From Nitrososphaerota archaeon (GTDB lineage Archaea; Thermoproteota; Nitrososphaeria_A; Caldarchaeales; Wolframiiraptoraceae), in NCBI GenBank assembly GCA_021159365.1, contig JAGGRY010000043.1, positions 6,418 to 70,417 of the forward strand: DNA of 64,000 bases. Direction: 5' to 3'. The position numbers and the translations under genes were made by a program. The notes under the pieces were generated by a model. It was not told where the DNA came from. It did no database searches and saw only the letters and a program-made list of their open reading frames with translations. Of this stretch, positions 8,871-18,540 are shown piece after piece; within the stretch, counting starts at the first letter, position 1, and the number at the start of each line of letters is the position of its first letter.

Positions 8871-9333
8871 AGATCTCTTAAGAATCGTTAGGGCAATAGC
8901 GGATTACCAATTTGGGGGAGGAATCGGCGAAAAATTATTCGACGATGGATGCATCGTTAAGATCTCCAAGAGGACTGGTAGGCCGAAGTATGTTTATGAG
9001 GGAGAGGAAGTTTTGGCCACGGTTAGATATCCTGACAATCTCCTCGCCTTAACGCTTAAGGGCGCTGAGAAGCTCTCAATGATCCTTCCAAGACCTAGAT
9101 TTAGAGTGGTGATAAAGCCTAAGGCGCTGAATAAGATCTTAAAGGGAATGAATCCAACAGCGAGAGACATCTTAAATGTAGATGAGAAGATCCTTCCAGG
9201 CGAAGAGGTCTTAATCGAAGATTTGAAAGGTGAGTTGATCGGGGTTGGAAGAGCGGTGGTTTCAGGATCCCTAATGAAGGATCTAGCTTCAGGCGTTGTC
9301 GTAAAGCTTAGAAAGATCCGCAAAAAACATTAG
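8836..9333 (+). CDS. pre-PUA/PUA domain RNA-binding protein
   Basis: LRIVRAIADYQFGGGIGEKLF at the N-terminus and a C-terminal PUA-like GEEVLIEDLKGELIGVGRAVVSG. The start overlaps the hflX end. Confidence 0.7.
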   Translation: MLLTEASRSSNRDLLRIVRAIADYQFGGGIGEKLFDDGCIVKISKRTGRPKYVYEGEEVLATVRYPDNLLALTLKGAEKLSMILPRPRFRVVIKPKALNKILKGMNPTARDILNVDEKILPGEEVLIEDLKGELIGVGRAVVSGSLMKDLASGVVVKLRKIRKKH

Positions 9334-9372
9334 ACAAACCTATATCTATCTGAAAACGACTGTTATAGATGG

Positions 9373-9753
9373 GTGTGTGGATTGAAGAAGATTTCTCCAA
9401 GAAGGCTTAGGAGGATGCAGGCGAGAATGCTCAGCGGACTCGGCTTAGACTTGAAAGAGCTTGGAACCGCCGATGAGATCTTGATAAGATTTCCTGATAA
9501 ACAGCTTATCCTAAGAGGCGCAAGCGTTATTCAGGTGAATCTTGAGGGTGAGAGAGTATTTCAGCTTATTGGAGGAGAGGTTGAAGAGAAAGCTGTTGAG
9601 GAAATGATAGAGGAGTATGTGCCGCCGGATGAAGATGTGGCCTTAGTTGCCGCCCAAGCCGGCGTGGACGAAGATCTGGCGAGAGAAGTTTTGAAGGAAG
9701 TTAAAGGGGATCTGGCGAAGGCCATACTATTATTGAAGTCTAGGAAATCCTAA
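9373..9753 (+). CDS. nac: nascent polypeptide-associated complex protein (aNAC)
   Basis: NAC domain (ADEILIRFPDKQLILRGASVIQVNLEGERVFQLIG) plus a C-terminal UBA-like VALVAAQAGVDEDLAREVLKEVKGDLAKAILLL. GTG start. Confidence 0.85.
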   Translation: MCGLKKISPRRLRRMQARMLSGLGLDLKELGTADEILIRFPDKQLILRGASVIQVNLEGERVFQLIGGEVEEKAVEEMIEEYVPPDEDVALVAAQAGVDEDLAREVLKEVKGDLAKAILLLKSRKS

Positions 9754-11516
9754 GTCAAGACTAAACCCGTATTTGGATTCACTTTTCCAAGCCTCTCAAG
9801 ATGGCTGAAGATCTCTTTATAGATCCTTAATCCTTTCCTAAAACTTAACGAGACAATGTATCCAGATCTCATCAGTGGCGCTAGTTCCAGATCTGCCTCA
9901 AATCTATCTCCAATACTCTTAAACCTCTCCCTTCCAGATATCGGAAGATAACTATACATATCTGACCCAACGAGTTTCGCTAAGAGATCTTCTCCAAACC
10001 TGTATGAATCTATTCTTAGAAATCTCTTGGCAGCTGATCGAGGACATCTTCCAGCAACGCCGATTTTTCCATCGCTAACTTTATTCACGCAATCATCTAA
10101 GTTCCTCAAGATGACCTTAGCGGTTGAGACAACGTCTTCCGAGATGAAGGAAGTGGATCCGGCGAGATATCTTGAAGCCTCCATGAGCCCGGCGAAAGAT
10201 ATGATTGATCGCACTCTATTCTTCCCATAGATCTCCTCCATGAGCTTCAGTCCATCGAGTAGGGCCGAGGCCAAATTGGTCACACGTTCACTAATCCTCT
10301 CAAGCATTTCGTCCAAATCCCTCCTAGATTCTAGGGCTGCTCCAAGCAAGTTTACGGTCCCGATCGAGTGAATTAATGGAGATTTATCCCAAACTCTATA
10401 TCCGCTTAGGAGGATGCTTCCATCGAAGGTGTAGATATGCGGTATTCCAAGTCTATGGATCTTCTCCTCAAGATCCCTAAATCTCTTGGATGAAAACTCG
10501 CCTAAATCTATGATCAGCCCAAGCCTTTTCCTTAGAGACGCTTGAATCCCTTGAATAAGCTTATCAAAGACATGGTTCTCTAATTTTATCGATAGGATTC
10601 TACCTATCGGAAAGTTCGAGACAGCCGTTGACAATATCTTCGCAAGGGCGTCAGGCTTGATCTCGGTATGAAGTTCTATCATGGTCTCTCTTCTAACGGA
10701 TAGTGAATTACGCAGTATCTCGGCGAATAATTCAATGATCTCCCCGCTCTCAAATCCATATCTCCTAGCGAAGAGTCCTATAAGCCAAGATGATATCGGA
10801 TATATGTCTATTCTTCCAGATAGATGCTCTTCCGCGACATCTCTGGGAAGCATGTTCAAGATCGTGTATTCTCTTATTATCGATCCTGATGACTTCTCTA
10901 GGAAGAATCTATGATCCTTTAGCTCTAAGAATCTCTTCAAGATCCTTGAGACGTCGTAGACAGGCATTCCAACCCTGGTCAACATATGCCTATATCTCTC
11001 CAATCCTCTATCGAGGAGAATTGAATTTACCAGCTCTCTGATCAGCGGAGCTGTGAGATAATCTATCTTTAGGTCTAGGAGCTTCCGTTCAGCTATCGAG
11101 GCGATTTCTCCAGCGATCTTCGGGGTCAGCTTCGCTTCCCTGATTAAAGCCTTGGCTATCTTCGCCTTATCGAACGGCTCTATCAGCTGATCGCTTCTCC
11201 TAACTATCAGCATCCTCCTTTCGCCAAGATCTCTCTCCAACTTTCTAAGATATTCTAGGATTATCTCACCCTTCTTTGAAAGGCTGTACTTCCTGCTCCT
11301 TTGATCTACTTCGATTAATTCAGCGGTCAGAAGTTTCTTTAGGTGATAAGAGAATTTTCCGGCGTCCCTATCCCTTTCAAGTCCCAGCGTCTCCATCAGC
11401 TCCGAATAATTCATTTCTTTCTTTGAGAGGTTTCTTAAAATTTGGAGCCTAATCGGAGAGGAGATCGAGTCGAGGACAACTTCCATGGATGATTTATCCT
11501 TAGATTCGCCGCTCAT
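9750..11516 (-). CDS. ArsR-type wHTH + ATP-cone + degenerate NrdD-like domain protein (putative nucleotide-sensing regulator)
   Basis: N-terminal wHTH: SSPIRLQILRNLSKKEMNYSELMETLGL...KYSLSKKGE. ATP-cone: LIVRRSDQLIEPFDKAKIAKALIREA...LIRELVNSIL. Then NMLPRDVAEEHLSGRIDIYP, which resembles the NrdD segment LLPRDVVQAHERGDIHYHDL. No glycyl-radical C-terminus is present. Confidence 0.6.
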   Translation of the reverse strand: MSGESKDKSSMEVVLDSISSPIRLQILRNLSKKEMNYSELMETLGLERDRDAGKFSYHLKKLLTAELIEVDQRSRKYSLSKKGEIILEYLRKLERDLGERRMLIVRRSDQLIEPFDKAKIAKALIREAKLTPKIAGEIASIAERKLLDLKIDYLTAPLIRELVNSILLDRGLERYRHMLTRVGMPVYDVSRILKRFLELKDHRFFLEKSSGSIIREYTILNMLPRDVAEEHLSGRIDIYPISSWLIGLFARRYGFESGEIIELFAEILRNSLSVRRETMIELHTEIKPDALAKILSTAVSNFPIGRILSIKLENHVFDKLIQGIQASLRKRLGLIIDLGEFSSKRFRDLEEKIHRLGIPHIYTFDGSILLSGYRVWDKSPLIHSIGTVNLLGAALESRRDLDEMLERISERVTNLASALLDGLKLMEEIYGKNRVRSIISFAGLMEASRYLAGSTSFISEDVVSTAKVILRNLDDCVNKVSDGKIGVAGRCPRSAAKRFLRIDSYRFGEDLLAKLVGSDMYSYLPISGRERFKSIGDRFEADLELAPLMRSGYIVSLSFRKGLRIYKEIFSHLERLGKVNPNTGLVLT

Positions 11517-11642
11517 CCCAACCTAAAATCATAACTGCTTTTCAGTAAAAGTATTCGTATTACCATTAGGCTTGTTCCAGAGATCAAGTATTTTCCAGCG
11601 CCGTTAAATGTATAAATGGTGATTATCTGGGCTTTTAGTGGG

Positions 11643-11813
11643 ATGGGGCTTAAGGAATTCTTTAAGTCGGCTTGGGTCACCTTCAAGCTTGCACGAAAAC
11701 CTAATAGGAAGGAGTTTCTCCTAGCGCTCAGAATCACTTTGATAGGGGTTGCGGCGATAGGGGCGATAACCTTCATCATAAGATTTGTGGCCATAGCTAT
11801 TCAGGGGGCTTAG
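11643..11813 (+). CDS. secE: preprotein translocase subunit SecE (Sec61 gamma)
   Basis: MGLKEFFKSAWVTFKLARKPNRKEFLLALRITLIGVAAIGAITFIIRF. Conserved position upstream of spt5-L11. Confidence 0.85.
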   Translation: MGLKEFFKSAWVTFKLARKPNRKEFLLALRITLIGVAAIGAITFIIRFVAIAIQGA

Positions 11814-11819
11814 AATAAT

Positions 11820-12284
11820 ATGAGCGTGTCAGGCCCTAGGTTTTTCGCGGTGAAGGTGACGGTTGGACAGGAGAGAAATGTTGCGAGAATAGTTGAGGGT
11901 AGGATAACTCCAGATTTTAAGGGAATTTACACGATCCTAGTTCTCCCAGATATCAGGGGATATATCTTCATCGAGGCTGAGAGTAAGGAGAAGGTATCCA
12001 TGATAACTCAAGGAATTAGGCATGTTAAGGGTAGACCGATAATGGTCGTGAAGAAGGATGAGCTGATGCCCCACTTGATTGAGAAGCCCGTTATCGAGAC
12101 GATCTCACTCGGAGACATAGTTGAGATAATCTCAGGTCCCCTCCAGGGAATTAGTGGAAAAGTTGTGAGAGTCGATAAGCCTAAGAATGAGGTTACGATA
12201 GAGCCCTCGGACGCCGCATTCCCCTTACCGATCTCGGTTCCAGCAGATCAGGTTAGGGTAACAAAATCCAAGGAGGTGAGATAA
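11820..12284 (+). CDS. spt5: transcription elongation factor Spt5 (NusG)
   Basis: NGN domain (FFAVKVTVGQERNVA) and KOW motif GDIVEIISGPLQGISGKVVRVD. Confidence 0.9.
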   Translation: MSVSGPRFFAVKVTVGQERNVARIVEGRITPDFKGIYTILVLPDIRGYIFIEAESKEKVSMITQGIRHVKGRPIMVVKKDELMPHLIEKPVIETISLGDIVEIISGPLQGISGKVVRVDKPKNEVTIEPSDAAFPLPISVPADQVRVTKSKEVR

Positions 12285-12287
12285 ATT

Positions 12288-12779
12288 ATGCCTGAGAAGA
12301 CCATGAGATTTCTGGTTCAAGGCGGTGAGGCAACCGCAGGTCCTCCAATAGGTCCAGCTCTCGGACCGCTTGGAGTCAACGTCCTTCAGATCGTCGAGGA
12401 GATCAATAGGCAGACGAAAGAGTTTAAGGGTATGAGGGTTCCAGTCGAGGTCACAGTTGACACGGAGACAAAGGAGTTTAAGATTAAAGTTGGAACCCCA
12501 ACCACCGCCGCGCTCATAGTTAAGGAGAGCGGAATCGAGAAGGGGTCGAGTGAACCTGGTAGAAATCCTGTTGGAAACCTGAGTTTTGAGCAGGTCGTTA
12601 AGATCGCGAGGATGAAGTGGCCTGACATGAGAGCTAAGACGCTTAAAGCCGCGGTTAAGCAAGTTCTGGGAACCTGTCTCAGCATGGGGGTAACGGTTGA
12701 TGGAAAGAATCCAAAGGAAGTCGTCAGAGAAGTTGACTCTGGAGCTTATGATGAAATGCTTAAGGAATCTGAAGGATAG
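12288..12779 (+). CDS. rpl11: 50S ribosomal protein L11 (uL11)
   Basis: [21 protein letters not shown] signature. GGAGGTGA lies 7 nt upstream of the ATG. Confidence 0.95.
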   Translation: MPEKTMRFLVQGGEATAGPPIGPALGPLGVNVLQIVEEINRQTKEFKGMRVPVEVTVDTETKEFKIKVGTPTTAALIVKESGIEKGSSEPGRNPVGNLSFEQVVKIARMKWPDMRAKTLKAAVKQVLGTCLSMGVTVDGKNPKEVVREVDSGAYDEMLKESEG

Positions 12780-12828
12780 TTACGGAATATTTAAATTTCC
12801 GGCGTGGATTCCGAAGGCAGGCGATAGG

Positions 12829-13494
12829 ATGCTTAGGTCTTTGACCGAGAACTTGGTTGAGGCGATCGAGAAGGCGAAGAAGGAAGGTAAGAAGAGGAAC
12901 TTCAAGCAATCCATAGAACTTGTCATAAATATCAAGGACATAGATCTTAGAAAGCCTGAGAACAGATTCGTCGAGGTCATCCCATTACCTCATGGCCTAG
13001 GAGAGAAGGCTAGAAAGGTCTGCGTAATAGCTGGACCAGCTCTAGCATCTGAGGCCAAGAAGATCGAAGGAGTTGACAGAGTTATTGGCCGCGAAGAGAT
13101 TGAGGCCCTGATAGGTAATAAGAGGCTCGCCAAAAAACTCGCTTCTGAATATGATTACTTCCTAGTTGAACCTCAATTGATGGGGCTCACGGCTAGAGCG
13201 CTTGGAGCAGCTCTAGGGGGCAGGGGGAAGAGGCCTCAGCCCATCACTCCTGGAACGAACCTAGCTGAGCTTGTGAAGAATATTAAGCGAAGTGTTACCG
13301 TCAATGTCAGGAAGAATCCTCAAGCCATGTGCATCATAGGAACTGAGGACATGGATTCCAGGGAACTCGCGGAGAACGCGGCCACGGTGATCTCAAGGGT
13401 TGTTGATAAGCTTGAGAAGAGGTTTAGGAACGTTAAATCCATCTATGTTAAGAAGAGCATGGGCAAGCCCATCGAGGTCCCATTTAAGGAATAG
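12829..13494 (+). CDS. rpl1: 50S ribosomal protein L1 (uL1)
   Basis: NFKQSIELVINIKDIDLRKPENRF... is the L1 pattern. I chose the internal ATG at 12829; the 12697 start would overlap the L11 coding region. Confidence 0.9.
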   Translation: MLRSLTENLVEAIEKAKKEGKKRNFKQSIELVINIKDIDLRKPENRFVEVIPLPHGLGEKARKVCVIAGPALASEAKKIEGVDRVIGREEIEALIGNKRLAKKLASEYDYFLVEPQLMGLTARALGAALGGRGKRPQPITPGTNLAELVKNIKRSVTVNVRKNPQAMCIIGTEDMDSRELAENAATVISRVVDKLEKRFRNVKSIYVKKSMGKPIEVPFKE

Positions 13495-13556
13495 ATCCCC
13501 TCATCCACTCGATCAAAGGGTTAAATTCTAGGATAAATCCTCTAAGCTGAGTAAAT

Positions 13557-14429
13557 TTGACCGCTCAAGCGATTGCGAGGCCTGCCAGGAAGGTTGCAAA
13601 GTGGAAGCTTGAAGAAGTCGATGAGCTAGCTAAGCTTATACAGGATTATCCGGTTGTAGCCGTCTTCAAGCTCGTGGGACTTAGGGCGAATCTACTTCAC
13701 GAGATTAGGAAGATTCTAAGAGATAAGGCGATTCTAAGAGTAGCTAAGAAGACCCTATTCTGTAAAGCAGCTGAAAAAGCCGGGAAGCCTGGGCTTAAGC
13801 AGCTATTAGAGGATATCAAAGAACCCGTTGGATTCATCTTCTCCAAAATAGATGCATTCAAGCTCAAACTAATCTTGGACAAAAACAGGATACCTATGCA
13901 TGCCAAGGCTGGCGAGAGAGCAGATATGGATGTGATCGTTCCTGAGATGAATACAGGTTTACCACCAGGTCCGATTCTCGGAGACTTTGGAAAGCTTAAG
14001 ATTCCGACGAAAATCGAGGGAGGTCAGATCTGGATCGCTAAAGACACTTTGGTCGCAAAGAAGGGTGATGTGATATCCCCGCTCCTGGCATCGCTTCTAG
14101 CTAGACTCGATATTAAGGCTGTCTTAAAGGGAGTTGAGATCGTGAAAGCCTATGTCGACGGAGTGATCTTAACGAGTGAAGATCTGACGATAGATCTTGA
14201 GAAGATTAAGGAAGATCTTCGATCCGCTTACACCGACGCCGTGAATCTCGCAACCGAGATAGGATACACCGTTAGGGAGACAATCATCCCGCTCCTAGTT
14301 AAGGCAGAAGCTCAGGCAAGGGCGTTAGCAATAGAGGCTGAGATCCCGGCAAGAGATGTGATAACGGAGATAATATTGAGAGCCGAGAGGATGGCGGTTG
14401 CTCTCAAGCAAGCCATTAAAGAATCCTAA
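13557..14429 (+). CDS. rplP0: 50S ribosomal stalk protein P0 (uL10), short form without the acidic C-terminal tail
   Basis: KWKLEEVDELAKLIQDYPVVAVFKLVGLRANLLHEIRKILR is the uL10 N-terminus. TTG start. It ends ...ALKQAIKES at 290 aa. Confidence 0.85.
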   Translation: MTAQAIARPARKVAKWKLEEVDELAKLIQDYPVVAVFKLVGLRANLLHEIRKILRDKAILRVAKKTLFCKAAEKAGKPGLKQLLEDIKEPVGFIFSKIDAFKLKLILDKNRIPMHAKAGERADMDVIVPEMNTGLPPGPILGDFGKLKIPTKIEGGQIWIAKDTLVAKKGDVISPLLASLLARLDIKAVLKGVEIVKAYVDGVILTSEDLTIDLEKIKEDLRSAYTDAVNLATEIGYTVRETIIPLLVKAEAQARALAIEAEIPARDVITEIILRAERMAVALKQAIKES

Positions 14430-14460
14430 ATAGGATTCTTGACAATCCATTTAATGTAAA

Positions 14461-15345
14461 TTGAGTGATGGTGTTAATTATCGTAGGATCTTGATCTTCC
14501 TCGTCGTCGCATATACTCCCGCGTATCTAATGGATTCGATGATCTATTTCATAGGCTCTGAAAAAGCCTTGATGAATCCAATCTATCAATCTCTACTAGT
14601 GGGTAGGATGTATTTCCCCATGCTCGGCGTAATCCTATCACTATTCATCACCAAAGCGGAGATCAAGAACGGTTTAAAGAAGTATGGACTTAGAATTGGA
14701 AAAAGATTCCCACAACTCCTTTTACTCGGAATATCGATACCATATCTCATTTACGTCATCGGGATTGCCTATGGATATCTCGCAGGACTCCCGATAGCGA
14801 ATCCCGTTGAGAATATCTACTCGACGCTGCCTGAAGAAGCTAAACATCTCCTAAGTCCGTCGACCTTGCTTGCCATCACATTAATCTCAACCTTGATTTC
14901 GGGCATCTCGCTCAATACGCTATTCGCGATCGGAGAAGAGATCGGATGGAGGGGATTGATGCTGGATGAACTTGGAAAGAGGTTCAGCCTTCCTATAATC
15001 TCGATCATAATCGGGCTGATTTGGTCTCTATGGCATGCCCCTCTAATAATCCTCTTCGGATACAATTACCCGACGAATAGATTCCTCGGAATATTGCTCT
15101 ACACAGTGATATGCATTATCTGGACATACATCTTATCAATACTCAAAATCTTGGGAGGAAGCATAATCCCAGCAGCGGCAATGCATGGCACTATAAACGC
15201 CATCGCCGCTTTGATGTTATTCACGATCCCCATTCAGAGAGTCCTCGGCATGCCGGTTGGACTTTTATCGATAATCTCATCGATTACGATTTTGATTCCG
15301 ATGATAGTCTTGGAGAAAGCCGCTCGCTCACTTCAATCTGAGTAA
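14461..15345 (+). CDS. CPBP family intramembrane glutamic endopeptidase (CAAX protease/Abi)
   Basis: Motifs GEEIGWRG, WSLWHAP and MHGTINA in a polytopic membrane protein. Confidence 0.8.
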   Translation: MSDGVNYRRILIFLVVAYTPAYLMDSMIYFIGSEKALMNPIYQSLLVGRMYFPMLGVILSLFITKAEIKNGLKKYGLRIGKRFPQLLLLGISIPYLIYVIGIAYGYLAGLPIANPVENIYSTLPEEAKHLLSPSTLLAITLISTLISGISLNTLFAIGEEIGWRGLMLDELGKRFSLPIISIIIGLIWSLWHAPLIILFGYNYPTNRFLGILLYTVICIIWTYILSILKILGGSIIPAAAMHGTINAIAALMLFTIPIQRVLGMPVGLLSIISSITILIPMIVLEKAARSLQSE

Positions 15346-18096
15346 TTTTTCCAACTCACCCACGGCCACGTCCCTCAACTCATCGTAAGTTATCTTTCTC
15401 CCAAATCCTCCCTGCCCAAGCCTCTCATTTCCACCGCCCTTACCCATGAAATTTGAGGCTATAGCCGACGCCAATCTCCCTGCATGTACTCCACTTTCCC
15501 TAGCTCTCTTATTCGCTAAGATCAATAGTGATGGCCTCTTTTCTCCATAGGATGCTATAAGACATGAAGGCTCATCAACATTCAGCAACTCATCTGCGAT
15601 GGTCAAGACATATTCTCTGTCATGTTCGGGCTCATGAACGACATACAATTTAATCTTTTGAACTTGTATCGGAGAAGATTTCAGTTCCATGGCCTTAATC
15701 TTCGCGGCTACACTCGTCAACTTCCTAACGGTCTTCCTAAGCTCCCTGACCTCGAACAATATCTCATCCAACCTCTTCTCAACAGCTTCTGGAGGAGCTC
15801 CAAGCTTCTCCGTAAACGATCTAATTAACCGCCAATCCTCTTGGATATATGGTAAAGCTGCTGGACCGGCGGCGAAGATTAGTCTCTCAACGCCTTCTTG
15901 AATTCTCTCAGTCTTCAGGATCTTTATGAATCCGACGTCCTCCGTGTTCTCTACATGTAGCCCACAGCATGCCTCAGCATCCCATCCAGGTATCTCCACG
16001 ACCCTGATCTTGGCCGATGGAATCTCTCCACCCTGATATAGGGAGAAGCCGTATCTCTTCTCAGCATCATTTCTATCCATCCACATGATTCTCAGCGGAA
16101 TCCTCATCCCAACAATCTTATTCGCCTCATTCTCTAATCTCCTAATATCTTCCAGAGTCAATCTCTTGTGATGGCTTATATCCAATCTTCCATGGCTAGG
16201 CTCCTTCCTAGCTCCAGCCTGCCAAGCATGTTTTCCGAATATCTTTCTTGCAGCGCCTATCAGGATGTGGGTTGCCGTGTGATGTCTCATGACCGCGTAT
16301 CTCCTCTCCATGTCGATGAAGCCCTCAACCACTTCTCCGACCTCTGGAAGAGAACCTTCAACCTTGTGAACTATTATTCCACCGCCTAATAGCTGAACAT
16401 CTAAGACCTTACATTCCCCTTTAGAGTGCTTAATCCTACCAGTATCTGAGATTGCTCCACCGCCTTCCGGATAGAATAGGGTTTTATCCAGGACTATGTA
16501 TTCTCCATGAACTCCTAGAACTTTTGCGGTGAACCTAGATTCAAATGGTTTTTCATAATAGGTTTGCTCGGTTGCAGGCAGATCTTTGAAGACCTCCTCC
16601 AATAACTTCATCCAATCCTTCTCAACTCCTGCTCTCTCAGCGCTTAGATGTCTTGAGGCCACGAGGCCATAAAAGTTCTCCGGAGCCCTTGCCTTCATCC
16701 CAACTTTTTCCGCTATTGACTCAACTATATCGGGAGTTATTCCCCTCTCATCATAGACTCTTATCATGAAGTCTACAGGAACCTCAATGATTCCATTCTT
16801 CTTCATCGACGAGAGTTCTCTCTCAACATAACTTGAACCCTTGGAGATTGTCTCCCTAAACTTCTCCACCTCGGTCTCGACTAAATCCAATACCTCATCT
16901 CTCATCTCCCTTAGATTCGGATACTCTCCGCCCCAGTAATTGAGTTGGAGATCTAATAGATCTAGGAGCTTATCTTCATGGCCGATCGACATGAGAAGCC
17001 TATATGTCTTCCTGATTAAGAGCCTCGCTAAATATCCAACCCTAACATTCGATGGAACAACGCCCTCGCTCATTATGAATGCTATGGATTTGGTGAAGTC
17101 TAGGAGAGCGTAAATCTTCTCAAGAGGCTCGATCTCCTTGATAATGACATCCAGTGGAATTTTAGATAGCTCCGAGATCTTTCTCCTAATATCCATGATG
17201 CCCATCTCGGCCTTCGGGACCACCAAAGCAGTATATGGAGAATATTTCTCTAAGAGACTCTTCTCTACTTTCGGGAACCCTATCAACTTCTCAAGCTTTG
17301 GATATAATTCTCCATAGACCGCGTCGAAGCAGCTTGGAGTTCCCTGACTCAGCCAAGCAAATCTCTCCATCCCATAACCAGTGTCGACCGTCCTTATCGG
17401 AAGCTCAATCAATTTATCGTTAAGCGTCTTGTATTGCATGAAGACGAGGGTTGCGAGCTCCAATCCATACGATATTGTTTCGAGACAGGGGCCGGCGTTT
17501 CCTCCACCGCTCCAAACAGCTTCCTTGTAGATCAGCTCTTCTTCAGGGATCCCGAACTCCTTCATTATGAACTCATGATAATATTCTACGGTCTTCTCTT
17601 TCCAGTAAACCTCCTTATCGGGGTAATTGAATGCATGATGACCTCCCATGGAGAAGCATGTTAGATGTCTTCCAAAGGTCAAGCCAACCTTATCAACATC
17701 CTCTAATCTAATACAGGGCTGAATTATGACGAGTGGATTCGCCGGCGGAGGAGAGATTCCAGATGTAACATGAGGTTGGAAGACCGCGATGCTCGCTGGA
17801 ACTAGGAAGAGGTCATTTCTCCACCTCGCCACGACTGGATATGGTGCTATGATCTCATGGCCTCTCTTCTCGAAGAATTTTAAGAAGACCTCCTTAACTT
17901 CCTTGAAGCTGAATCTAGCCTTAGTTAAAGATTTTCCGACGAAGCTGTATGGAACGCATGGAGATTCTCCGCATACATCTCTATCCGGGTCCAAGGTCCA
18001 AAAATAGCTTCCACAATACTTGCAGCGTCTCCTAACATATCCTCTCTCCTTTAGGAAGTTTATCTCATATGCGGCTGGAGGAAAGCTTGATTTCAT
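15328..18096 (-). CDS. alaS: alanyl-tRNA synthetase
   Basis: 922 aa. Archaeal AlaRS N-terminal zinc motif (RRCKYCGSYFW), catalytic core, editing domain HHTATH...CCGLHV, and a C-terminal DHHA1-like domain. Confidence 0.95.
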   Translation of the reverse strand: MKSSFPPAAYEINFLKERGYVRRRCKYCGSYFWTLDPDRDVCGESPCVPYSFVGKSLTKARFSFKEVKEVFLKFFEKRGHEIIAPYPVVARWRNDLFLVPASIAVFQPHVTSGISPPPANPLVIIQPCIRLEDVDKVGLTFGRHLTCFSMGGHHAFNYPDKEVYWKEKTVEYYHEFIMKEFGIPEEELIYKEAVWSGGGNAGPCLETISYGLELATLVFMQYKTLNDKLIELPIRTVDTGYGMERFAWLSQGTPSCFDAVYGELYPKLEKLIGFPKVEKSLLEKYSPYTALVVPKAEMGIMDIRRKISELSKIPLDVIIKEIEPLEKIYALLDFTKSIAFIMSEGVVPSNVRVGYLARLLIRKTYRLLMSIGHEDKLLDLLDLQLNYWGGEYPNLREMRDEVLDLVETEVEKFRETISKGSSYVERELSSMKKNGIIEVPVDFMIRVYDERGITPDIVESIAEKVGMKARAPENFYGLVASRHLSAERAGVEKDWMKLLEEVFKDLPATEQTYYEKPFESRFTAKVLGVHGEYIVLDKTLFYPEGGGAISDTGRIKHSKGECKVLDVQLLGGGIIVHKVEGSLPEVGEVVEGFIDMERRYAVMRHHTATHILIGAARKIFGKHAWQAGARKEPSHGRLDISHHKRLTLEDIRRLENEANKIVGMRIPLRIMWMDRNDAEKRYGFSLYQGGEIPSAKIRVVEIPGWDAEACCGLHVENTEDVGFIKILKTERIQEGVERLIFAAGPAALPYIQEDWRLIRSFTEKLGAPPEAVEKRLDEILFEVRELRKTVRKLTSVAAKIKAMELKSSPIQVQKIKLYVVHEPEHDREYVLTIADELLNVDEPSCLIASYGEKRPSLLILANKRARESGVHAGRLASAIASNFMGKGGGNERLGQGGFGRKITYDELRDVAVGELEKLLRLK

Positions 18097-18186
18097 CTAT
18101 CGTCAAGAATCCTTGTTAAGGAGAGTTATATAACCCTTGATTCAAGCGAGATAATCTTTCATCGAAGAGACCGTGAAAGATGTTGA

Positions 18187-18501
18187 TTAGCCGAATAATG
18201 CGCTCAGCCCAGCTAACGCCTCTTCCTTCTCCTCTTCCTTCTTCTCCTCTTTCTTCTTTTCTTCCTTCTTTTCAGGCTTCTTCTCGGCTTCAGGAGCTGG
18301 CGCTGGGGCCGCCACGGCAGGCATTGCAGTCGCGCTCTTCAAGACCTCATCTATATTCACTTCTGAGAGAGCAGCTACGAGGGATTTAACTCTGGCCTCA
18401 TCTGGATTTACTCCAGCCGCTGACAACACTTTCTTCACATTCTCCTCATCGACAGGCTTTCCAGCCCTATGGAGTAGGAGGGCGGCGTAAATGTATTCCA
18501 T
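18187..18501 (-). CDS. rpl12: 50S ribosomal stalk protein P1 (L12e)
   Basis: [30 protein letters not shown]..., an Ala/Pro hinge, a K/E-rich linker and the conserved tail [12 protein letters not shown]. Confidence 0.9.
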   Translation of the reverse strand: MEYIYAALLLHRAGKPVDEENVKKVLSAAGVNPDEARVKSLVAALSEVNIDEVLKSATAMPAVAAPAPAPEAEKKPEKKEEKKKEEKKEEEKEEALAGLSALFG

Positions 18502-18540
18502 GGTTCTCATGGAAGTTGTTAAGATGCTTACTCTTAAATA

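Noticed and set aside
11513-11794. 93-aa minus-strand ORF overlapping secE.
   Set aside because: It is antisense to the well-supported SecE gene and has no recognisable features. It would also require overlap with the wHTH/ATP-cone gene start region.
12748-12772. ATGATGA ... CTGA pair resembling C and D' boxes.
   Set aside because: It lies inside the 3' coding end of L11, has 14-nt spacing, and has no second box pair. Most likely coincidence.
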